From assembly GCA_965113315.1 (NCBI GenBank), contig OZ220374.1: a stretch of 64,000 nucleotides of DNA. One strand, 5' to 3'. The notes beneath the pieces are model-generated. The model made no database searches and was not told the DNA's origin. It worked only from the letters and a program-made list of their open reading frames with translations. Source of the DNA: Podarcis vaucheri. Lineage: Eukaryota. Made by a program: the position numbers and the translations under genes. Below, piece after piece: positions 49,238-61,885 of the stretch. Positions within the stretch are counted from its first letter, which is position 1. Every line of letters begins with the position of its first letter.

Positions 49238-52200
49238 GAAATGTTCCTGTTGGGGCATTCCTGAAATTTAGTGCGTGGCTGCTAGAAACAAAAAGCAGGG
49301 CCAGATTTCTTCATGCTAATAACTAAAACTTCACCATGGAAGTTTACCAATAACGAACTGGCAACAGATGTCAAGAAAGAACCATTGCTCACTTCCAATC
49401 TCGATATGCCTAAATTAATCTTCCTTTCCTTTTAGCCTATGGATCATAAACTGTAAAGTAGTTCTATAACAGGATGTATCCCATCATATAGGTAAAATAG
49501 GCATACATAAGGATCCAGCAACTTCACACAGCATTAAAGGTTAGTCACAGACTGCCTCTATGCATATCGGCCTACCAAGGAAGTAGGACTACACTTTGTC
49601 CTAAAAGCGATTCAGCAGTATGAAAAGAACTATACGCCATGTTTCTTTGAGCTGTATCTTGGGTTTTGGAAAATATTTGTGACTTAAAGAGACAATTCAG
49701 AGGCCTAGTGCTTCAATGGCCTGATTTACACGTCATGTTAAACCATAGTTAAAACTGGTTTATTGTGAATATGCTTTCTTTCCTCTCACATCTGCTGCTG
49801 CCAGGAAATAAGCCAGGCCCTTGACTTTTTCCCCAGAAATGCACTCTAAGCAGTAAGTTAATAATCTTGGTTACTGCTCATTGTTTGCAGGGAAATGGGT
49901 AAGAACCCCAGGTGGTGACATCACAACAAACCAGACTGTGGCTTTCCCAGCAGCAGGAGTGGAGCTTTTCATAATTGTTCAGCACTGTGCACCAGTGTGC
50001 TGTACCCTCACATTAAACCAGGGTTTGTTTTTAACAGTAGTTGAATGTGAGATGTGTACTGGGCCAATGGAATCAAGTTCTTCTATGTGAAATATTTCTC
50101 TTTGAGGCTTCAGACTCTAAGGAATGGGCAGCCAACATGGTACCTCAAGATGCTGCTCCAGCTCCCATCAGTCCCAGCCAGCATGTCCAATGACTACCCC
50201 AGATCTAGGACTTCAGAAGGCTGTCCAACTGGGATTAGTGATTGTAATCAGCGGCTCTGATTACAAACCTCAGCACTTCTAGTTCCTCACCATAGCAAGC
50301 AATCAGCTTACTTGCTACTTCCCATTAGTTTGTGGCTTTTGTTAATAGTAGTACATGGGTGAGGTAGACAGTAAGCAGACAAAGCTAAACGAAGATCACT
50401 CCTCATTAGCAACAGCTGCTTTGAAGTCCCAATTCTGTGCACATCTACTCAGAAGTAAGCCACGCTGAGTTCAATGGAACTTACTCCCATGTCATGTAGA
50501 AAAAATTGCAGCCTCGAGTTTCAACTTCATGATCATTTATCAGCTTTGCCATGCTCAGTTTAAATGACATAGCATCATAACTAAATGTACAGATTCATTA
50601 GACTCCAGAAGCCATGTACATTGCCATGTATTATATTTATTAATGTTACAATGTTATCTTGCTTTGTCGACCATGCCCAAGAACTCAAGTAAAGATACAA
50701 AGGACAGCTTCATCCTACCCTAACATACAGTATATTAAAACTTGATTCATGTGTAGTAACAACCTTCATAAAATGCCAAAGTTGCAATTTTAAGTTTTTG
50801 CTATGTCATTAAGTGACATACATATACACATAATCTTTAGCTTTAATACCCTGCCAATGTTTTGTTGGCAAAGAAACACACTTTGAGGAAGATACACAAC
50901 TCAATGGTGTCAGCTGTAGATTTACTTCAGTGATATGGACATCTAGTGGCCTAGCTTTACAAAAGGCAACTATTTAGTAGCGTTTTCTTTCAATTATGCC
51001 AAGCAATTCTTTGATCACAAAGCCAATGCAATTCTAGGCAGAGGGGGAAAGTTCGTTACCCAGAATATTAATCATTTCACATCATAGCCAGTCGTCGAAT
51101 GCAAAGTCACCCCATGTTTATAACTAAAGCTGTTTCCTATGAATGTATTTTACCTACCCATCTCACAAAGCTATATGCTCTGAGGATGTCTGAATTCCTG
51201 CTCAAGAGTCAAGAAAGCAACAGGACTCTTGAAAAGACACAGTAGCAGCAGCCACATCAAGATTTAGTTGAGAAGAAGATGTATGGAGGATTACCTTCTG
51301 TACCCCAGGTATCTCTTTGGGAGTTGGTTTGAATTCTATTCACGATCAGTGTCATACTGTACAGTAAAGCACAAATCTTAGCATATAAGTGTTATTGTAC
51401 TAGTATCTCTCCAAATGTCACACAGCTGGTCAGAAGACTGATCTTTGACTGAAGTTTTCACTTAATCTTTGGGCAACAGACAAAAAACTGTCATAAGTGC
51501 AACACATTTCCAGAATATTTCCATGTTTCAACCAGTAAGAAACCACAACAAATGACATTTTTCACTAGACATATAATTACTTCCATCCTGCAAATACAAT
51601 AGTGTGTGCGACCAACAGCTGATACTTGCCATAATACATTGTTAAGGTTAAGTATACGGCTTGAATTTTTCAAAAATGAGCTCCACAGACTAGGGGCGCA
51701 TAGACATTTGTTGGCCATTGAATGCAAATCTACAGAAATCCTAGTCACTTGAAAATAAAGAAAAAATAATGTATGGATAGTCTGCATAATCCATACTGCT
51801 ACTTGACTATGCTGCAATTTCTCAAGCCAAAAAAAGGCATTTAAAAAAATAAAATAAAAGAGTTTACATAGATGAAACCAGTTAATATACGCAGACTAGT
51901 GTCCCTACCTAAGTTTTCTATCTGGATGGATATTTATTTTCTGGAAACCTAAATTGAAACATAACCCAAACAAACAGCTCAACACTACACTGCATATTTT
52001 TGAAAGTGGTATATGCTAGAGGTTCCTAGTAAGTTATGGCTACATATGAAAGGATGGAATAATAAATGGGGGCACAGGACAAATTGCTCATTTAAGGTCA
52101 CTTAAATTTGTCATTTAGAATAAATCAGAACCCAGATGGCTGACTTCTGCAGGATTTCTGAGAGGAATCCAGTAGAGCTGGTTTCGAGTTTCAGATGGCC

Positions 52201-52292
52201 ACTAAAGAGTTGTAACCTTTTCCAGAAGTTGTGATCCACATGGTGTCCACAATGAGTGCAGCAAGTCTGAGGTAGTCAACCCTTACGAAGGC

Positions 52293-52299
52293 TCAGTAT
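52293..52299 (-). CDS. CDV3: Candidate alternative CDV3 terminal exon giving ...RKY*
   Basis: Minus strand ttttttatgttcag|A TAC TGA, phase-compatible with exon 4. Confidence 0.5.
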
Positions 52300-52573
52300 C
52301 TGAACATAAAAAAATTTGAAATAACCACTGGCTGCCGATAGCTTTTGCAGAGTAATCAAAACACTGGGGACTCTTGTTCGACCAGTTACATTAATTTCCC
52401 TCATATCCAAAAGAAGTGTCAGATGTACCAAATTAAGCATACTTCCATAGAGCAAATCACTTACGTCAAAGAGGTCTGCACTTGTTGCAGTAGATCCAGC
52501 AGATATAAGACGGCATTGTTCATAATAGGTGGTTTAGTTACCTTAGACTGGAAAGGTATCAAATAACCATTCC

Positions 52574-52599
52574 TTAATTGTAATGTGTGTACAGCTTTA
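52574..52599 (-). CDS. CDV3: CDV3 coding exon 5, visible 3' end only (rest in gap)
   Basis: ...LYTHYN* resembles the recalled human ...HSQYN*; acceptor presumed inside the gap. Confidence 0.65.
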
Positions 52600-52747
52600 N
52601 NNNNNNNNNNNNNNNNNNNNNNNNNNNNNNNNNNNNNNNNNNNNNNNNNNNNNNNNNNNNNNNNNNNNNNNNNNNNNNNNNNNNNNNNNNNNNNNNNNNN
52701 NNNNNNNNNNNNNNNNNNNNNNNNNNNNNNNNNNNNNNNNNNNNNNN
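52600..52747. other. Assembly gap (N run) covering most of CDV3 exon 5
   Basis: Run of N. Confidence 1.
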
Positions 52748-53865
52748 TAACTGTCTTACACACACTTGCCCCTTAGTAATATTATTTCAATGACACTAGT
52801 TTTGGCTGCAAAGTTCCATGGCTAGGGCCACTGACAGAATGGATATATGGCCCAGAACCCAGGGGGCTATTGTAGGCAGAGTCAAGACTTCTGCATGTTA
52901 AGTGGGATATTTCTCTGAACACAAAGCCTCAATGGCATTAACACAAACTGCTTTCAAAACACCACTAGCAGATTATCTTCTGTTCAAAAAAACAAGCTCA
53001 AAGCTATGCTGAAGAGTGTGTTAGTGGTAGAGTTTGCTGAACTGTGGCCATAAACAAACATGCTACTTCACACTCCCAGAGGTTTGAACACTGCAATACC
53101 ATAACAATTGTAAATATTTTAAAGTAACTGTTCTAAAGCATTGGCCTATATTCCAAAAAAAACCCCTACAACTAGTTCTGCATGCCCAAGAGAGGTTTAA
53201 GGAAAGCCTCTTTCGAAATGGGGTGTTCAGGTTTCAAAAACAGTTTGTGATATGGCATTGGGTGTATGTGTGTGTCTGACAGTCAAAGAAAAGCATTCCA
53301 CCAAGCACGCCCAAGGCCTTGGGAGCCCTTAAAGTAGCTCTCAGGATCACAGTCACAATCACAGTCTCAGGGTTAGTGAGATTGTGATGAATGTCCTGCA
53401 AATGCCATCTTTGTTAACATACTTTGTTCCACAGGCAGACAAAATTGCAACAGGGCTTAAGCTGTAGTTTAGCCGAGCAAGTCAACTCTGAGGCATAAAA
53501 TTATTTCTTCTGCTGAGAAAAGAAAAGCACTGAAGTCCTGCAAATGGCACACTGAATTTAAGATCCACACAGGACTGTGATTTGTTATGTGGAATTGGCA
53601 CACATCATGCCTTTCAACATTCTACCACCCAACCCCTCAGAACACTTTCCTGTAAAACAAATTAAAAGCCTCTTGACCAAACTTATGCAGGCAGTGCTCC
53701 TAGAATAACATATCTGCAATTAAAATCCACTTGCTTCTTCTGGTGCAAATAACACCACAAACTTGTTTATGGTCTCAGTGGACAGGTTTATGAAGCTTTG
53801 AACCAATGATTAGGGGGGGAAAGAGATTTTAAAGCAGATGTGCAGAGTCCTATTTCTATACTTAC

Positions 53866-54019
53866 TTTCTAGTATCTACATGCTTGGCAGTGGCCTGCAA
53901 CGATGGGAATTGTGTATCACTATAAATCTCTGGCGGTCCTTGTGGCACTTTCCTTGTTCTAGTTTCTCTTGCTCCGGGTGGCCTATATACTCCACTGGAC
54001 TGGACTGGCTCTGGGGCTT
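53866..54019 (-). CDS. CDV3: CDV3 coding exon 4
   Basis: SGVYRPPGAR...PQGPPEIYSDTQFPSLQATAKHV; AG/GT. Confidence 0.93.
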
Positions 54020-55389
54020 CTGCAAATAAAACAAAAAGAGCATTAGAAATAGTCATGTGTAATTAGATTAATATGAAGGACTCTGCTGTTTTTTAACCAT
54101 CTTGGCATACTTTGATTATTATATGAACCTGTTACAATATTCCAGTTTAATATATTCAGTCTGGATTTAAAAAATCATCTGGTATAGCAGAGTGCTGCTA
54201 GCAGGCAACCTATTATCAAAACTAATCTTAAAAACAAAGAATCCCAACTGCTTTTTTCAGGAATAATGATAAATCATGGTTTGTGGTTACATCAATGTTG
54301 TCTCTACTTCAAGAAATGGGCAGAACCTGAAACTTCTATTTCCAGTTCAGAACAAACTATTGTCTCCCTGCTTTTGCCAAATATGGAAACTGTTACCTTA
54401 CAGAAATTCGTTCACAAACTGGGATATCAGACACAGTGAGAAATGTGGTTTATTCCAAACTACAAATGGAAACTTCAAATTTCCTCTTTTTTGAGTGAAA
54501 AAATGAAGGCAAGGGGGAAGTATGCGAATCCACCTAAATGTCGTGTGGCGCTGTGTGTGGCAAGACGCTTCCAAGACACTTCCTAGTCTTTCTTTTTTTA
54601 CTTAGCCACATCAAGAAAATATTTATTAGTATACATCAGCATTCGAAAACAGCTTGGCGCCAGTTGTGACTGGCAACCGGCCTTTTTCGACTGGAGATGC
54701 CACACTGTCAAGCAAATCACCTGGTCTGCAGGGTAGTGTGGCAGCAAAAAAGAAAATGCCCAAACCCCAGGTCCCAAGACCTACAGGGCACCTAGCTTTC
54801 CTATCCCAGTTTCTAACGCTGGACATAAGGGCATCTTGTCTATGCATGAGAAAAACATATTTGCACATCCTTTTTAAGCAGAGGCAAATACAGCTATGTA
54901 TACTACCAAGGTAAGCAACAGTAATCTTATGTACTGCTTTCATTATCTCCCTGTAATACTATGATTTTCCTCTCAAATGAAGAAAATGTTTAACAAATAG
55001 TAACTGTTAGGAATTCTGGCACCTAGGGAGCTTGAATTTTTTTTTAGCTCTTGGTATTAATACTGTACAGCAGGAGCAACACCCTACACCTATTGAGCGA
55101 TGGCTATACTGCATCACACACACTACTTACCCTTGCATCGGTAAACAATGCTTTAATTTTAACAAACCAGATTACTTTCCCTCTCCTTAGTTCTGTCAAC
55201 TTGTTTCACTTTTTCCATAGAAGACCAACCTTATTAATTTGTATGAATCATGCTACATAACACTGAGATGTTTGTATCCTGCAATTAAATTTTGAGAAGC
55301 AATGGGAAGCTCAAATAACAGAAAGCCCAATACATGCCATTTCAATCAATATACCTTTAAAATAAACAGCGAAAAAACCAACAACTCAC

Positions 55390-55526
55390 CAATAATTTCA
55401 GCAACAGGTGTCTGTGTAGGAGCAGATCTATTCCAAGGACCTGACAACTTATCCATACCCCCACCTGGTTCTTCACTGTTATCCCTTGGCTCTTCCCTCT
55501 TTTCACCATCTTCATCATCTTTTTCA
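55390..55526 (-). CDS. CDV3: CDV3 coding exon 3
   Basis: SEKDDEDGEKREEP...SGPWNRSAP; AG/GT, phase fits. Confidence 0.92.
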
Positions 55527-56195
55527 CTGAAATAAAAACGAACGTGAAATACATGTTCATCATTTTCGTAAAGCAAGAATGTATGACACCATGCACATTT
55601 TGCATATTATGACATTAAGTACAGTTCTCCACCCTGTGTGAATTTACAAAAGTATCAACAGAGTCTGGCAATTTAAAAAATGGGCCTGTAGTTAGGAAAG
55701 GAGGGACAAAGATTTAGAATTACACAACTCAAGGGATAGCAAAGGCAAATAATTCCAATATAATTCTGCCCATATTTGTTTTAAGAGACATGCTTAAACA
55801 GCATATTACCCAGCAAAAGGAAGTACAGTGGACAACCACAGTTTAGTTCTTTAGGTTTGACAATTCCTGAGAAGTGACAGAACACCCATAAACATGTTTA
55901 AAGCATTCAAGTGCTTTCCAAGCCATACAAAGCAGCAGAACTTCAAGGAAACATTTTATAAAAGTGGCTAAGATGCACAGATAGATTGTGCTGATCGCTT
56001 CAAGCCATTCTGTGGCAAGTCTAGGGATATGACTTTGTTAGTGCCTTTTCTTCAGCTATTAAGCTGTTGTATATTACTTGCAGCCTCATGAAATAACTCA
56101 TGAGGCTGCAAGTAATATCTCTATCAGTGAGGCACATCCAGAGTTGATAAGTACAATTATATTTTAACAAGTATGTCTTTTTAAGACAGTAATAC

Positions 56196-56275
56196 CTAAT
56201 TTGCATGGAGTGAACTCTGAGACCACTGTAGTCAATTACTTCTTCTTGCTCAAATTCCTTCCACTCATCCTCCTC
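56196..56275 (-). CDS. CDV3: CDV3 coding exon 2
   Basis: EEDEWKEFEQEEVIDYSGLRVHSMQI. Confidence 0.93.
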
Positions 56276-57212
56276 CTGTAAGAGAGACAAACATTATGTA
56301 GACTCATTATCTGCTCTTAACAGAAGACAACCAGCACAATAAGCTCTAAAATTATTGTGTAATATAAAAAACAAAAAAGGTATTAAATTGTACAATAGTA
56401 AAAACCCCCTCACAGAATGCAAATATTTCTATTTCTTTGCAATGAAGTAAACACTGCCTACTTTAGGAGCACATAATACATTTCAAGTTTCCAGAGAATT
56501 TCACATACATTTCTTATTTCTAATTAATATACAAGATTACCTCAATTCTAACATATTAGCTTAAGCTAGTAAAGAAGAGTGCATATAACTTGTGTTTCTG
56601 CCTAAGCATTTTGTTTTTATTATCCAACCTGGCCCTATTGGAATAGACTTCAATAACACTTTGCACTTATTTCCTAATATACTCAAGCCTCTTCATGGCA
56701 GGCATGATTACAGTGTACAATGTGTGCAAGTGTGGGTTCATAAACTAGTGAAGTTTCCCCATGATGCAGTGGAATCCTTGAGTCTACAGGAAATAGTTTG
56801 GATCCAAAGACTCCACAGTTCAGCTTGAGCAAGAGGTGATGGGAAAATAGGCTCTTCTTGGCTCTCTGGAGTTAGCTTTTTGAGGACTAGAGATAGTGGA
56901 GAGAAAATTGGCAACAACACCCTCTCTTACAAGTGGAAGGGCTTTCCACTTTGGATCCACGCCACTGTCTTCCTTTAAATTTCGGCCATCTATTAAGCAG
57001 AGGATTAAATTTCAGCTGGAAAGTTACTATCTACGGCCAACAGATCTTACCCAAGAAGAAAATACTGATCTGAAAAGTATTTGCTAACAGGAAATCTACA
57101 CTCTTATCTTCCAAAAAAATGAGACACAGATGGACAGCATTCTAGACTGGTAACTTGTAGTCCATCAAAGCAACACTCTTTCAGTAGATGGGTCCATCTT
57201 TTATTACCTATA

Positions 57213-57438
57213 CAATGGTACCTCGGGTTAAGTAATTAATTCGTTCTGGATTTCTGTTCTTAACCTGAAACTGTTCTTAACCTGAAGCACCACTTTAGCT
57301 AATGGGGCCTCCTGCGGCCGCTGCACCGCTGGAGCACGATTTCTGTTCTCACCCTGAAGCAAAGTTCTTAACCCGAGGTAATATTTCTGGGTTAGCGGAG
57401 TCTGTAACCTGAAGCATATGTAACCCGAGGCACCACTG
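57213..57438. mobile_element. Tigger/pogo-like MITE (family B, inverted)
   Basis: Reverse complement of 7927-8152, TA TSD. Confidence 0.88.
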
Positions 57439-57639
57439 TATACTCATACCAATTATTTTTATAGTGCTCATGTTTATGTAGCCAAAGCAGCACCATCAAA
57501 GCACATTAGCAGATCAGAGTAACTTTGATGTATGGGTATGTACCACAAAATCTATAGGGAAAAACAGGTGGACCCCAAAGAAGCACCCTGAGTTGCACAG
57601 AACATTGTGAGAGAAGGGAAAGAACCTAACAGCAGCTCC

Positions 57640-58631
57640 CCATTAGAAAATATTGCAACTTTTTGGGGGTGGGGGTTTAGCCTAGAGAAAAGGCACATGA
57701 GGTGACATGGTGTAAATCTGAAAAACTGTGCATGGCATGGACAATTTTTCCCTCTCTGTAAACTCGTGGACATCCAATGAAGCTGAATTAGGGACAGATA
57801 AAGTATTCCTTCATGCAGTGTATAGTATAAACTAACTTGTTCCCACAGGAGGCAGTGATGGCCACCAACTTAGATAGCTTAAATCAGTGTTTCCCAACCG
57901 GTGTTCCGCGGCACACTAGTGTGCCGTGAGACACCGGCTGGTGTGCCGTGGGAGGGAGGCGGGCGAGTCGGGCGGCGAGGATCCGCGTCGAGCCGGGGGC
58001 GGCTCCGCGGTGGTGGTGCCGAGCGGCGGGGCAGCGCGCGCAAAAGGGAGGAGCGCGAGACAGCGGAGGAGGAGGAGGCCGGCATGTCCGGGCAGCAGCA
58101 GCAACAGCAGCAGCAGCAACTCCCGGCGACGGCTCCTCCTCCGCCCGCTATCGCCGCCACCACCACAACAGCCGCCGCCGCCTCAGCTGCCGCCGTCCCT
58201 CAGTCCCTCGCTCTGCTGCCTCCACCCACCCCGGCAAGGGGAAGGGAAAAAACTTTCACTTTTGTGCGTCCCTCCCGGCGTGACGCTGCGCGCTGACGTC
58301 ACGGGGCGGGGCTTTAATGGTGGTGTGCCGCGAGATTTTTTTCCGGTAAACAGGTGTGCCGTTGCCCAAAAACGTTTGGGAAACACTGGCTTAAATAAGG
58401 ATTGGACCAATTAAAAGAGAATAAGGCTAGCAATGGCTACTAGCTGCGATTGCTCTGCCTCCATTGTTGGAGGCAAGAATGCTTCTGAACACCAGTTGCT
58501 GGAAGCCACAGGAGGAAAGTGCTCTTGTGCTTGGATCCTGCTTGCTGGTTGCCTATAGGAACCCGGTTGGCCAGTTTGAGAACAGTATGCTGGACTAGAT
58601 GGGTCTTTGTCCTGATTTAGCAGGCTCTTCT
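57640..58631 (+). mobile_element. Old CR1 3' fragment interrupted by a hAT element (boundaries approximate)
   Basis: CAATGAAGCTGAAT...GGCAGTGATGGCCACCAAC...GGATTGGAC...GCTGGACTAGATGG 3' motifs. Confidence 0.7.
57885..58388. mobile_element. Young non-autonomous hAT element carrying CpG-rich cargo
   Basis: Perfect 13-bp TIR CAGTGTTTCCCAA / TTGGGAAACACTG; perfect TSD GCTTAAAT at 57877-57884 and 58389-58396. Confidence 0.9.
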
Positions 58632-59499
58632 AAAGAGGTGGAATAGAATAGAGTGGCTTGAACAGGAGACAACACACACACACACATATATATTAAAGGA
58701 CAGAAAGAAGCATCTGATTGCTTGGACAGGCCTCCTGGTTCACACGGAAAATCTATTTTTCAGTGTCCCCAGGGACAGAAGACAGCTGCTCAGTGTTGGG
58801 GGAGAAGGGATTGAAAGAGACCAAAAAATAAATAAATTCCATACCACAGCATTTTGTTGCAGGCCCACCTATGGCTCCCTAATGTGGATTTCTCACCAAA
58901 CTTATTCCCTCATCTTAAAAAATCATTGCAATGTTGTCCAAACATTTGATCTAGAATCACTGCATTAGGTTAAGAACAGCCTGCTGAGCATCCTATTCTC
59001 ACAGTGGCCACCCAACCACAAGAGGATGAGCCTCAATGTGACAACGGCCAAACGTAGAATTAGATTTATAGATATATATAAATCTGCCCTGTCCCTGAGC
59101 TTTATAAAAACTGCAGTGTCTCAAATATTGAAAGCTACTGACCAGATAAAACAAGAAAGCAGCATTGTGTGCAAAAACCTCAATGTGCCAGTGAGAGCTG
59201 TTTAATCCATGTTACACAGCTCCAATGCAACTTAATGAAGTACTTCGAGAACCATTTTTGGAAGGCAATGAAAAGCACCGGAAGAAGTTGCATTACCATT
59301 TACTTCTACGGCTGAAGGTAAGCACTCAGTGGCACGACTGGACGATTACACAGGAAAAAAAATCCCTGCCTGCCAGCATGAAGGCACAGCTCAAGGGAGA
59401 GAGCCACGGCCTCAGTTACTACGGACATGCCTCAAATGAACAGAGGCTGCTGGGAACAAAGCAGTTTATGCAAACTCCGGCGCCGTTACAAAAGAGCTA

Positions 59500-61120
59500 G
59501 AACATGCCGGGGGTGGCGTGGGTGGGGGCGCAAGACGACTATTTCAAGCCCATTGATTTGGGCTCCACATCGGATATCTACTTATCGCTAAATACGAGAG
59601 TCCTAAACTCTGCCCTCGTTCCCACCCCATCCGCCGGGAGGGTTAAGGAGTGACCGATGGGTGCGACTTCCACGCGCCCCACGCCAAGGCCACGGCGGCC
59701 GGGCTGACCCCGCAAAGGCGCCCTCTGCTGACAGGAAGTCACCAACGCCCACAGGAAGCCGATAATTCCCTACTTCTCTCTCTCTCTCACCGCCATCCCC
59801 CCCCCCACGCCGCCCCATGACTGGTCATGCTGGAACCCACCCGGCTCAGCCCCGCAGCCGCCGCCCTGCCTGCTCACCTTAATCCCACCCTTCGTCGCGG
59901 CGGCGTGGGCATTGGAGGCCGTCCCGGAGCCGCCCTCGCCCTGCCGGCTCCCCCCGCCCCCACCCCCGCCAGAAGCGTTGGCAGGGGCGTTGTGCGAGGC
60001 CGCCGAGGAGGCGGCCGTTGCGGAGGCGGCCCCCCGGCTGCTCTTCTCTTTCCGCTTCTTCTTGTCCCGCTTCGCGAAAAAGTCGTCCAAGCTCCTTTCC
60101 TCAGTCTCGGCCATGGCGGCGGCAGAAGCGGCGGCTCCTCCTCGCGCTCCGGTTCAAACCGGTTGTGGCTGACGGGACGTGTCTTCCTCGCGCCTGACGG
60201 CGGTTGGGCGCCTACCAAGCCGACGCGCTGCGCCGGGGGCGGGGGAGTAGGCGAGCGGGCGAGCGACCCCCTCACAGGTGCCCACCAACAGCAGCCCTCA
60301 CGTGCGCCTCAATGGGGGTGGCAGTCGCTCGCCCCTTCCGCGGCAGGCGAATGGTACAGTCCTCAAACCGCCAGCTGCCCGCGCGCCGGACGCCTCTCTC
60401 CCTCCTCAGCTCACGCGGCGGCGGCGGCTTCCGCTCTCCACGTTGGTGGCCGCCGCTTGACACAGCCAAAGGAAAAGTGGGGGGCGAAGGAAGAGAGGAG
60501 GTGGGGGCGGAGCCAAGCGGCAGGAGCGTTTTCTAACGTGGCACCTTATTGGGCATGGCGGCGCAGAGGCGGGAGGCCGCGCGCGCCTCCTTCCGCCGGG
60601 GCCAACCCGCCCAAAGGGAACAAACGGCCCGGGAGCCAATGAGAGGCAAAGGAGGCCTCGGTGACGAACTTTGGGTGCGGCAGAAGCGTCAGCAGCCCCG
60701 TCTGTGATTGGCCCGGCGGCCCGGAATGTGGGAGGAGAGAGAAGGCAGAGGGAGTGCGCTTGCGCGAAGTCGACGCCTTTGGGCGCTCCGGGAGTGACGA
60801 GGCAGTACAGCGCGGGCAGATGTTCGTTACGGGCCAGGCTTTGATCTTTCTGCTCTCCCTCAGCGCAGAGATAGCGGGCCTTGGTTCTACGCGCGCTTTT
60901 TTTTTTACTCGCCTTCCTTCTGAGGGGGGCGCGTTGAGCCCTCGAGATGCTGCCGCCCTCCCCTTCTGACGGGATTCGGCAGCTGCGCACGACAGGCAGA
61001 AACGCAACCGGTGCAGCTGCGCCCCTTGCCTCTCGTGAGGGAGAAAAACCGCACCTGCGGGGTTGGCTTCTTTAGGGTGTTTATATCCTGCTCCTCAGCC
61101 AAAAAGACCCCCGCAGCGAC
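59500..61120 (-). promoter_or_regulatory. CDV3 CpG island and promoter
   Basis: Very CpG-rich; GC box near 60503, CCAAT boxes near 60548, 60636 and 60707. Confidence 0.8.
59878..60114 (-). CDS. CDV3: CDV3 coding exon 1
   Basis: MAETEERSLDDFFAKRDKKKRKEK...; Kozak GCCGCCATGG; donor AAG|GTGAGC. Confidence 0.95.
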
Positions 61121-61409
61121 TTATGAGAAATTAAATACGCTCCCTTACAGTCTTATAATGAAAAAGGAATACAACGCCCAAGAGGACAGGGGAAAATAAA
61201 TCTCAAAAGTTTAAGCACCAATTTCTAGAGACAGTTGTTCCTATGCTGACCAGCTGGCATAGTTAACAGGCAGAAGGTGCCAAGGGGAGCTGGGCCTCCA
61301 GCAAAGTGGATGCAATGAACCAGCTTCCTCTCTTGCGCTGAGACAGGGTGATGGAATGCCTCCACCCAGGTGACAGTTGAAGGTGAGGAGGCCTGATGGA
61401 ATGAGTTGT

Positions 61410-61885
61410 CATAAGATTGGAGAATTGTAGAGTTGGAAGGGGCCCCAAGGCCCATCTGGTCCAACTCCACTGAAGGTTTTTTAATAGTGGTTGAATGGCC
61501 ATTGGTCATGGATGCATTGCAAGGAGTTGGACCAGATAATATTAGATATCTGAAGATGGCTATCATATCTCCTTTCAGTCTCCACTTTACCAGGCTGAAT
61601 GTACCCAACTTCCTCAACCATTCCTCATAAGGCTTGATTTCCAGACCCTTGATCATCTTGGTCACCCTCTGCACACACCCTAGATCCTTAAATTATAGCG
61701 CCAAGAACAGGACACAGTACTCCAGGTGTTGTCTGACCAAGGTACTATGACTTCACACCATACATTGTTGATGTAGCCTGCAATAGCATTAGCTATTTTT
61801 ACTACTGCATCACACTGTTGACTCACATTAAACTTGTGGTCTACTTAGACTCCTAGATCCTTTTCCTAAGTACTTCTGGCAAGCC
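61410..61885 (-). mobile_element. CR1 LINE fragments
   Basis: Minus strand QRVTKMIKGLEIKPYEEWLRKLGTFSL...LKGDMIAIFRYL (CR1 ORF2 C-terminus) plus a CR1 tail. Confidence 0.85.

Noticed and set aside
59827-61007. Several long ORFs on both strands over the CDV3 promoter
   Set aside because: Stop-poor GC-rich CpG island; only 59878-60114(-) matches a known protein
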